The notes under the pieces were generated by a model. The model was not told the DNA's origin. It was given only the letters and a program-made list of their open reading frames with translations, and did not search any database. This document shows positions 50,841-61,188 of a stretch of 64,000 nucleotides of DNA, piece after piece. Source of the DNA: Camelus ferus (lineage: Eukaryota); the NCBI RefSeq assembly GCF_009834535.1, contig NC_045698.1:3226001-3290000 (forward strand). Reading direction: 5' to 3'. The position numbers and the translations under genes were made by a program. How positions within the stretch are numbered: position 1 is the stretch's first letter; every line of letters begins with the position of its first letter.

Positions 50841-52500
50841 TAGTAAACAATTTAAAATCATTAAAAACACAGTTATTTGAACTAGATGTCCGAAACAGAT
50901 GACTGTTTTCCACTGTGATATTTTGTCACCATTTAACCGCTTTCTGGTTCACCTCTTCTTTCTGCAATATCAGTTTTTTATTAAAAAGATCAAACTGAAC
51001 ATTTTTTTTGATAAATCTGGTCCCAAGCCTAGGCTCCTATCTGAACTATGATAAAGGAACGCCTGAGTGTGGTAATAAAATACTTTATACCCAACATAGC
51101 TTTGCTCCCTAAAAAAGAGCTCCCGTCCCTCCCACCTCATCAAATACTATTAGGAAATACAGTTTGAGTTTTATTCAATAGTTTGAAGAAAGAAATGAAT
51201 TTGAGCTATTAATATGAAGGTATTAGACTGTTTAAATAAAATTCAATTTATGAATGACTGGCCAACTTTAGAAAGGTGTTTTCTCCTGGACCATTTTAGC
51301 TCTTTCGAGGAGGCCAGTAATTTAAATTCATGAATCTATTCAAGACAGTATTAAGTAAGTTCATCTGCTTTCTAGAAGGCTGCCAACCGCCCAACTCATA
51401 TTCAGTAGTCGACCTCAGCGAGGGAGTAACTAGCAAATAAGACCCCCTTATCTGGCCCCGACTGACGCTTTCAGATAGTAATGTCCACGCAGATCTCCTT
51501 GCCAGGAACACTGTGGCTACAATACAAACTTCTAAACTGGCAGCCTCGAAGACAATATGTGCTCCTCTGGTGTCCTTTAGGAAACTGTTGCTGTCCTATA
51601 CAAACAAAATACATACAAAGGAGCTGTTTCCTACCTAACCCTTTATTATTTACTTAATTGAGAACACAGAAGGTCCGTGTCATGGAAACCACATGGAGAA
51701 ATGAACAGCTGACCTCTTCTGACATTTACTTATGAGAACTGGAAATGAAATCACAAATGAACTAGATCAGTAGTTTGGAATTAATCTCAATCCCCTAAAA
51801 TGTCCATTTTTTGAATGGAAGTAAACCTGTTACAAAAATTCAGCTAGAATCTACCTGAGAAATGCTACCCTGTGTTTCTCCCTAAAAATCCAGGCAACTT
51901 CTGTTTAGAAAGAGTTGTTAAATATAAAATTATTTCCAGAAAGAGAATCACATTGAGCCTTTCATTTGCATATGCGTTAACGGAGGCAAACTTCCTTTAT
52001 TTTCCTGTTAAGAAGCTGTAGATGTACCTAATATACACAGATGAAGTCGATCAATTTGCACTTGTTCCCAACTGAAGACATTTAACAGTCAACAGAAACA
52101 CATTTCAAAGTTTAGCCTGGAGTGCCCTCTGCTGGTTATAAAATTAAAAGCATAATAATACATCCTCACTATTCACACACAGATTGAATTTACTTCTGTT
52201 TTAAAGTTAATCGGGCCAAACCAAATACTACGCCCCTTATAAATGCAATCATATAATTATAAATAGATGTTTTATAGTGAATGATAGCATATAGTCTCAG
52301 ATTGATGACAGGTAAGTAGGCACATTGATAGATCGACAGATTTGATTGACTGATTGATAACAGATGAAAGATAGATGATTGATCAGAGATTATCTTCACA
52401 TGGTAAATTCAGCAAGTCCAAGTTCACATTTTCAGTCTTTGATATAAACAGATTTTTTTCAGTGTCTTGTACTTAGTTGAATATAGTAACTATTCTATAA

Positions 52501-53010
52501 TGTGATGGGTTTGAATTGTCCCCTCCCCCAAACTCGTAGGTTGAAGTCTTAACCCCCAGGACCTCAGAATGTGACATTATTAGGAGACAGGGCCACTGCA
52601 GATATAATAAATTAAGGCGAGGCCTTGCTGGATTAGGTTCGACCCCTCATCTAACATGAATGACATCCCTCTAAGAGGGGGACATCTGAATGCGTGCACA
52701 CACACAAACGCACGCACACACACAAACACACACACACACAAGCGTGTACCCAGGAAGAATATCGCAAAAAGGCGGCGGGGTGCAGGCGCACTTCTACAAA
52801 CCACAGAGCACCAGAGACGGCCAGCAACCCCACAAGAGCCAGGCGAGGGACCTGGAGCACATTCTCCCTCACAGCTTCAGAAGGAATCAGCTCCAAACCA
52901 CATGTTGACCTCCAATTTCTAGCCTCCAGAGCTGCGAGAGAAAAATACGTTTCTGTTTTTCTCCACCACCAGTCTGAGGTGTTCTGATATGAAGTCCAAG
53001 GAAGCGATGC
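52501..53010 (+). mobile_element. MaLR solo LTR, MLT1B/C-like, with internal (CA)n
   Basis: Starts 'tgtgatgggtttgaattgtcccc..gttgaagtcttaacccccaggacctcagaatgtgac'. Contains 'attctccctcacagcttcagaaggaatcagc..ttctagcctccagagctgcgagagaaaaata'. Confidence 0.9.
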
Positions 53011-53294
53011 AGGTGCACAGCGAGAAATGAGGCAGTCGTGGCACAGCAAGGTTCGGTGAGGGGCAGTGCAGTGGCTGCGCCTGCTGGTGCCCGGGGTGGA
53101 CCCCCAGCGCTGCAGAGGCTGCCTGGTGGGAAACTGCCACAAGCCTCTGCAGTGACGGCATCATCCCCACTCACGTGGGAACCTGGCGCTCCAGAGCAGG
53201 GCAGGCAGGCGGGAGGGACAGAGCTTGAATTCAGACTCTGCCTCTTCTGCCACGTGCGCTGCCTCCTAGCTCCAGCGTACGTGAACGTGAATAC

Positions 53295-53510
53295 GTCTGC
53301 ATGCACACGCGTGCACACGAGTGCACACAAGTGCACGCGCATGCATGTATACACACATGCACGCATGCCAGGAATACTCTCTCCCACGTGCATCCATGCA
53401 CACATGCACACACAATATTCACACGCACACACACGTGTGCTTTACACAGGCACACACAGGCAGCACGCTCTCTCACACACACGGAGCCACAGTTACATAT
53501 ACACAGCCCA
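53295..53510. repeat. (CA/TGCA)-rich alternating purine-pyrimidine low-complexity tract
   Basis: Visible cacacg/tgcaca/catgca units. Confidence 0.85.
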
Positions 53511-53749
53511 ATGACAGGAACAAAGACCAGAGTTTAAATATATTTCTTGAGAAAATCGATCACCACTTGGCAGTTGCAGTCACTTCTCTTTCCAGCAGCG
53601 GAGAGGGCACTTCCCTCCCGGCACGGGGTTCCACACGGCATCGCTTCCTCTGGTGCTTTCTGCAGCAAGGAAAGGTGCAGGAGTGAAGACTGTGTAATAG
53701 TCTGAGGCACCTTCTTTATTTTCATGTGAATACATTCGTGTAGATATGA

Positions 53750-53850
53750 CTGGATTAATTTTCTGTGGCCGCTATAATAATTTGCCACAAACTGAGTGAC
53801 TTAAAATAGAACACGTGCGCTGTCCTGGTTCTGGAGTCTGGTGTCTGACC
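53750..53850 (-). mobile_element. MLT1 LTR 3' fragment, antisense
   Basis: 'ttttctgtggccgctataataatttgccacaaactgagtgacttaaaa..gttctggagtctgg'. Confidence 0.7.
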
Positions 53851-54292
53851 TCCGTGTGCCTTCCACTCAGGACTTCATTTCTTGCTGAAAACAATGCTAG
53901 GAAGTTTATAAACTTGCCCAGATGGAGGAATGCTCTGTTTCCCTATTTACTTAAAGTGCATGCTTCAGATACAAAGAAAAGTACAATCAAAATGGAAAAA
54001 GGAATTCCAGTGTAGTCTCTAAGATATTTAGGCCCTCAACAGATGTGCCATTTTTATTATTCTATGAGATAGCAGACTCAGAACTAAGAGAGGACAGGAT
54101 GAACTTGGTTTCTAACTGTGCCTCTTTTGAGCTCACTGCTGTTAACGTGGTACAATCTACTGACAAAGATTATCATCGAAATATATTAAAAGTCCACCTA
54201 AGTCACAAAGGAGGGAATGTAGGATTTCTGAGAAAATCTTGTCACCTGCATTTAAACATTTAAGGGACGTTAAATATCGCTTCTGATCTGCA

Positions 54293-54311
54293 CGCCACCA
54301 GGGGGCACTGC
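54293..54311 (+). promoter_or_regulatory. Strong CTCF consensus motif
   Basis: cgCCACCAGGGGGCACTGc is a near-perfect match to the CTCF core consensus. Confidence 0.65.
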
Positions 54312-57300
54312 CGAGCTGGGAAGGACACCGTGGGCCTTGAATACATTCTCACACAGCTTCAGTGGAAAATGGGAGTGGCAGGTGGGGACTCTGTCAGGAT
54401 CTTACCCCAGATCTTTGGGGACGGCAAGGGAGTGTCTCATGAGGCCAGTTTAACAGTGTGGACACAAGATCTCTAGACACTTTTCACTTGCAATGATTTT
54501 CTCCTTTTCCAAAATCGTCTCTGAGCGAGTGAGTCTCCACTTCCTGATTCACTACTCTTTACTGAAAAGTTTTATCATCCCCTTTGAACAGCAACAGACA
54601 AGAGTCACATCCACATTTGGTTGTTTCTTGGGTTCTGGGTAAATGGCCCCAGGAAGCCACTGCCCGTGGTCCAGGAAGGCTCTTCCGGGAACCCCGGCCA
54701 GAGACTGGAAGCAGGGAAGGGGGGGCCCAGGGAACTCAGGGGGAACAAGCCTGAGAAGACTGACCAGGTCAGACACTGGCCCTCAAGGTCCCCCCGCCCC
54801 TGGGGAGCAGAGCGAGCCTGGAGCAGGCAGGTCAGGGACGTAGGGCTGGGAGGAGGCAGCTCCCCAGACTCTCAGCTTTCACTACCTTCCCTCTCTCCAC
54901 AGCGTGACACTTGTTACTGCTGTCAAATTACCTGACGTTAGCATCGCAACACGTCTAGATTTGTTGACCTACCACGTATGCTGCACGGGGCATGAGAACC
55001 CAGCGATCAGACACTTGGTGTCTCTGCCCCCTGACCCTGTTGGTCCCCTGTCTCTCTGCTGCGTGAATGGCCCTACCACAGGACGTTTTGTGCTGTCCCA
55101 TCCTGCTAGGCACGGGCGAGCCTGCCTGAGGACAGAGGATGGGCCCCCCTCCTGCACGCGTGCTGTAGTTCCCTGAAGACAGACGCACCGAGGTGTCGTC
55201 ACTCCTCAGCGCTAACTGGATGCGCCCTGGGCACGACCTACTAAGCCCCGCTAAGCCCTGCCTTACCTCCCACCCACTGGGAGAAAGCTCGTGTGAGCCA
55301 GACCGCGGAGCCCTCACCCAGGTGCTGGCGCAGCCCGGGCGGGCCGTGCCTGGACACACGCACAACCGCGCTCACGCTGGTGACCAGGCCACACAGAATC
55401 AGGATTTCTAGTGGTTTCCACCTCTGGCTTCTTGTCCACCAGTTACCCCCAAATCTGGGTCTCACTCTCACCCATCGCAGATGGCAGAAGTGGCAGTGAG
55501 CCCCTTGTCCCCCCATTCTCCTCCCCACACCTTCACCTGTCCTTGGACGTGGGGCGGGTAGTGCTGCACGTGGTCAGATCTCTCCGAATGATGCCTGCAC
55601 CCGCCCGCCTGCCTGATGCTCACGTCTCCCGGGCTCTCTGACGCGCACCTGCCTTGTTTGTCTCCCAAGAAGATAACCCAAGAGAATCCGAGCTGCCCGG
55701 CCCCTTGACATCCCTGGCAGACTCCACGTGGAGACTCTGGGGCAGTATCTCCCCAGCCCATCTCAGAGGGCGGGTGGGCTCTGACAGGGCCTCAGCTCAG
55801 CCTCTTCCTCACCCACTGTGGGGCTGGGTCCTCAAGCCTCTCAACACATCCGTGTAAGGGCTCCTGGGAAAAAAAGCTAGGGCCACAGCCTCCAAATCTC
55901 ATGTACGTACTATACGTACGATGCTCAGATCTGGAGACAAACATCTGGGCGGAACAGCCGTCTTCAAATACGTGAAGGTCTGTCCTGCAGGAAGAGGGGA
56001 AACAGAATGACTGGGTTCAGAGCCGTCAACATTCCTCCTCAAGACGTGACTGCGCCCAGGATACCAAGTCCTGTCTCCGTCCCTTCAGTGAGAGCATTTA
56101 TTGAATATATTTCTTAGAGTTTAACATATAAACATGCTTTCAGCGTCTGCTACCTGCTCCGGAATATCTCTTCTATAGATACTTGCTCCTGTGTACTGAC
56201 ATCCCAGTGTTCCCACGAGAGAGTTACCTCTTTAAAACAAGGACTTTGTCCTTAAGAGCACCTAGCATAGTGGTTATCGTTTTTAGAAAAGAAAGGGAAG
56301 AAGCCATAAAGTAGATGTTAAGGAAAGATCTGAAGAATGAAAAACAATGTGTGAAGTTTCCTAAAAGACATTCCGTTCGAAATGTGTAGCAGCCTGCTGG
56401 GAACTCTCCAGTATTTGCCACCATGTCAATACCAGAATTTGTGAGTATCTTCAGAGGAAAAGAAAAACCTTAGGAATTGAGGAATTAAGAAAAAAGAGTT
56501 CAGAAATTTAATTAAATATTTGCAAATGTGGGAAAAAGAAGGATCTACACAAAAATATCCATGTGTTCATCTTTGATGAAAGAGGCAGTTGGATATGCAC
56601 TCTTTTCATGTTTCTGTATTTTCCATATTTTCTTTAACAAACGCACTGTTTTAATTTAAAAAAAAACCCTAAAATATGTAAATACAAAACAAGTAGATAA
56701 AAGATTTATATTCTGAGATTCATAAAAATAATATGGAAGTCAATGTCTTTGATGCTCTCCTATAAATGTAACTATGAAAATCTCCTTTGACTCATATAAT
56801 ATGAGTTTGAAATTTGGCTCAGGGCTCCCTGGAGTTTTAAAGCGTCTCCAGCCCCACAGTGCACGTCCTGAGAGGAAGAAGGGCCAGTGCAAGTTACTGC
56901 ATTGTGAGTCCAGTGATGTAACCTGCAGTCGGGCACTGAAATTGGATCTAAATGTGGATGGACGCACCTGAGGCGGCGCAGGTCCATTCGGACTGACAGT
57001 GAGGGGCAGCACTTGTGTCCCGCCTTGTGCATGACGGCCGGCGATGGCCCTGTCCTGTCCCTGGACCATTCACAAACAGCGTGGAGGGGTAAAGGGGGTC
57101 TCATTCAGAATCCAGCCGGTGGCACTCACCTAGCAAAATTTCAGGTCCAAACCTGCACCCACCTTGAGGGAAGTCTGCCCTGGAGTTGGATCTGACTTTT
57201 CTCGGCTCTGCATCCAAGCCACACAGACGCGTGGTGGAGCTAAAACCGTGCCTGCCTTATCACAGGAGAACAGTTAAACGCAAGCCTTACCACGACGCGC

Positions 57301-57559
57301 TTCCTTCTCCTGGAAAACAAAGCCATGTTTCAGGTCCTGCAGGTCCTAGAGGAGTCAGTTCGGCAAAGTGTTAGCTAAGCCTAAGTCCCTGGTGTGGAAA
57401 GGGAGACGTGTCTGGATCACACAGGCAGGGGCCGTCGGTGGATTAACAAGGCTTCTGCTAACAGGCTGTCGTGACAGAGCAGTGGCTATGCGAAGGCAGA
57501 AGTAAACGCTGCGTAAGTACGCACTTAGTTATAATACCTAAATATGCAGGCTTGGTGTT

Positions 57560-58100
57560 TGCTCATGTCTCGTGCCCCCGAGGGTGGGATGACGCGCACA
57601 GGCATTCCCACCAGGACATCCAGCCGCCCGGACCTGCGCGGGTCCCGCTGCGGTCCCCGAGGGTCGGCGCTGCCTGCCCGGGAGACGGAGCTGGGGCGGG
57701 GGCGGGGGCGGGGGCGGGCCCACCCGCATGCGTGCTCCCCCCCGCGCATGCGTGCTCTCCCTTCTGCGCATGCGTGCCCTCCCTCCGGCACCCGCGCTGG
57801 GCGCCCCGCACGCGCTCCCGAAGGCGTCTCCCCAGCGCTGTCACCCACTTCTCCTCCTGTCCCGCCAGTGTGGCCCCGCTTAGGGGAAATTGGAAAGATA
57901 ACATCATTAATGAGGTTTTTTAAGTCATACATCCCCTTTTCACACTCAGAGTTTTTACACGTCGGCAAGAGGCCAGGAAGCGTTACCGACTTGGGGCGCC
58001 TGCAGCCCAGGCTCGGGCTGGAAGGCGCAACGTGCCGGCCACGCCCGGAGCCCCAGGGCTCCGGCCGTGGCACACGGTTTCACGAGGCTTGCGCACGCTT
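57560..58100. promoter_or_regulatory. Small CpG island / candidate TATA-less promoter with GC boxes and NRF1-type sites
   Basis: Very high GC and CpG density. (GGGGCG)x4 at 57693-57716. CGCATGCGTGC at 57725, 57745 and 57767. Confidence 0.7.
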
Positions 58101-58525
58101 CTGGTTTCTTTGACTGCATAAGAGACGTTCCCACACTTGGCGGCATTAAGCAAAAACCACGGTATGATGCTCGTGGATTCCGTGGGCCAGGAATTTGGAC
58201 GTGACCCAGGGGACTGGCTTATCCCTGGTCCCCCACCGAGGGGATCTGGGGCCTCGGCTAGGAAGACGGGTACGGCTGGAGTCCTCTGCAGGTCCCTTCC
58301 TCCACGTGGCCGGCGGGGCTCAGCCTCCCTGGCCTCTCCTCGAGACCTGCCTGCTCTAGGTGCCCGGAGACGTTCTTCAGAGGAGCTGGGTCCTTTTCAA
58401 AATTTCATTTCAGAAGTTCTGCCGCACTGTCTTGGTGGAAGGGCACAGAGCCCCACCCAGGTTCAAGCGGAGGGACGTAGACCCCAGGTCTCCATGGAAG
58501 GCTGGCCCTCTGTCATTTTGGCAGT
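58100..58525 (-). mobile_element. MaLR LTR, MLT1H-like, antisense
   Basis: 'gctcgtggattccgtgggccaggaatttggac..ggggactggctt..cacccaggttcaagcggagggacgtagacccca..tctccatggaagg'. Confidence 0.7.
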
Positions 58526-61174
58526 CTGTCAGTGTGCCTGTCTGCTTGGACAGTGAGGAACGGTCTCCTCTGTGTAGCCTGGTGCGCCCCCCATGTGTGC
58601 TTGCTTGAAACTCGGGATACACCACAGATTTGGGGGGTGAGGGTCTCTCCACCAGTGATGCCACAGAGTTCCTCAGAGTTTCTACCAGAATAATTCTCAA
58701 GGAAGGAGAGAAAACTTTTAACAAATTACATTGATTCTTTATTTTTCCCCCCACTTCTACTCTCTTGTCATATTGAAACAGGAAGATAATTGGCCAAAAT
58801 CCCAGATCTCACAGCTCCTTCCTCCTCGAGCTCCAGGGAAGATGGATGAGCTGGGATGACAGTGCCAAGCCGGGGAGGGACGTTTATGAGCTCCGAGCCC
58901 TGGTCCCAGTCCCAGTGCCTGAGCCAGCCACTGACATGCCTCGTTCTGTCAGAATGGCCTGCTACTGGACTGTCTCCCCGGAGACGGCAGGTTCCCTGGT
59001 GGCAATGGAACCTGGTGCTTGAATCCGCACCCTCAGCGTGGAACCCTAGGGCCTGCCAAGTACGACAACAAAGACTTTCCCTGTGAAAGACGTTCCCACA
59101 GTGTGGCAGCGTGGGAGGGGCGCGGGCAGAACTTTGTGTTCTGTGGGCTTGGGGACCTCGGTTTCAGAAGGGCGGGCACGTCACGCCAGCCTGAGATTCC
59201 CTGTGAGCTACGACTGTCGGGTTGCCTGGACGTCTCGCACCACCAGCCACCCGTCTCCACCCCACCCTAGTTCTGGGGCTAAGGTGTCCCCTCCTCCTGC
59301 TTCCCAGGGTTGTGCAGGGCTGGCCCCGGGGCAGACAGGAAGGTGTGGAGTCAAGAACCTTCCAGATGCAGCGAGAGCTCAGCTCCTGAAGGTGCCAGGG
59401 AGAGGGACACTGAGATGCGAGGGGTTCAGGGAGGAGAAACGGATTCCTCCAAGTCCATACCCCGGTGGGCAGAGCAAGGCAGTGCGGAGAATTTGCCCAC
59501 CACCCGCAGTTAACTGGTTCTGCCCAGAAGTGTCTCTGCAGAAGTACTAACCTCACCTCAGAGGCGGGGGACAGGATGCTAGGGAGGTTACCCAGCCTGT
59601 CCAGATAACAGAGGCTCTGTGGTGACGGTCCGAGCAGCTGGGGTTTGGTGGGAGGGAGCACACGGTGGCCAAGGCCAGGGTGGAAGTAGCCACCAGACCT
59701 GACACCAGCCTCTGGGCGATCTGAGGCCTGTCACCGCAGCCTCTGTGACTCAGCCTGCTCATGGGCAGGACCTCATGGGCCTGTGATGGGGACAATGACA
59801 GTCATGAATGCAGCTGGCACGGAGTGCAGATTTACTGAAGTTAATATAGCTGACATTCCGGGGCTGGACCCAGTCACCCTCCAGCGCCCGCGGCACTTCC
59901 TGGGGCGGGAAGGAATCATGCCCACGTCTGCTACAGGTCTTCCCGCGCAGGGACGTGCCCCTCCGGGAGGTCCCGGCAGGGAGGCTAGCGGGAGGGCATG
60001 ACACTAAGCGGGCACCAAAACCCACAGAGCTGCCCGCGCCGGGGGCATCTCCCCAGCCCCACAGCGCAGGACCTGCTGCTGTTCCGTAATCGCAACCCCC
60101 AACCTTCAGGCTGGCGTGAGATGTGTCAGGAAGCTGGGGAGGGGAGGATGTGAAAGGCGCTGTGTGGTCAGGCGGCTAGGATGGCTGTCGTCCTGCTCTC
60201 TGTCGCCCCCTGCTGGCCAGTCTCTGCTTCGCCTGCACCTCCTCCCCTGATCCGACTCCCTGAATCATGGGGCTTAACCAGCACCAGCCTGCGTTGCCTG
60301 CCCAGGCCCCAGCCTCTGGTTTCCCTGGTAACTGCTGCGCCAACCTCTGACTGGTAGCCTCCTTCTCAGGGCTGCCACCGGTCCTGCCTGCTGTTTCCTG
60401 TGCACGGTGGGGCGTCGCCCCAGGATCTTTTGTTCAATAAACCATTGATGTCGCCTGCTGTCTCCAGGCTCATCCTTCTGCCGCACGGCTGGACAATTAC
60501 AAGGCTGAGGTGCGGCCCAACAGGCATTTATAAATAACAATGACAATAATAATAATAATATAAATACTTTTTTTTATTTTCAAAAGTTACAATTTGATTT
60601 TTTCATTGAATCCATTATTTTATTTCTGTATTTATTTTTAAATTTTTTTTCCTTTTGATTTTTGCTTAAAGTTTTTAAAACTTCACCCACCTAAAACAAA
60701 AATAAACCACAGTTACCTGCCCTAGGCCTTTTCAGAGACTCTCTGGGCCGGCTATCAGGTGACAGGTGTGTTATACACTTAGGGGTGTCTGCTTACGTGT
60801 GCAACTACCTACTCATTTGTGCATTGGTGTCAAACTCGTCATTTATCACTTTGTTTTGTTTGGTTTGGTTTGGTAATTATTTATCTTGCCATGAAAAGAA
60901 CCCTTGCTACCTTGTCTGTACTTTGGTCCAGGGCTCGGACGGGAAGACGAGGCAGAAATTGCTGTTGCTGGGAGTCAGCGATATTGTAAATAGTGGCCCC
61001 TGCCCCCGGCCCTTAATCAGAGTTTGCCGTGTTTGCTGTTTGCATTAACTGGCTCAGAACTCTGTGCGCTTGCTTGCTTGCTTGCTTTCAGGAATCCTGC
61101 GGGGCTGTGGGGTGTGGGGTTGGAGACAGGAGCATCCCGCTGTTAGGAGCCTGCGAGGCTAACTCTTAAGGCTC

Positions 61175-61188
61175 GTCTCCATGGCAAC
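61175..61188. promoter_or_regulatory. RFX X-box motif
   Basis: GTCTCCATGGCAAC (reverse complement GTTGCCATGGAGAC) matches the RFX palindromic consensus GTTRCCATGGYAAC with two mismatches in one half-site. Confidence 0.5.

Noticed and set aside
52580..53686. Cluster of long His/Thr- or Cys/Val-rich ORFs
   Set aside because: They derive from (CA)n-type low-complexity tracts and an MLT1 LTR.
57471..58113. Overlapping 150-189 aa ORFs on both strands
   Set aside because: Expected from stop-codon scarcity in a CpG island. The peptides are low-complexity Pro/Arg/Gly/Ala with no recognisable domain.
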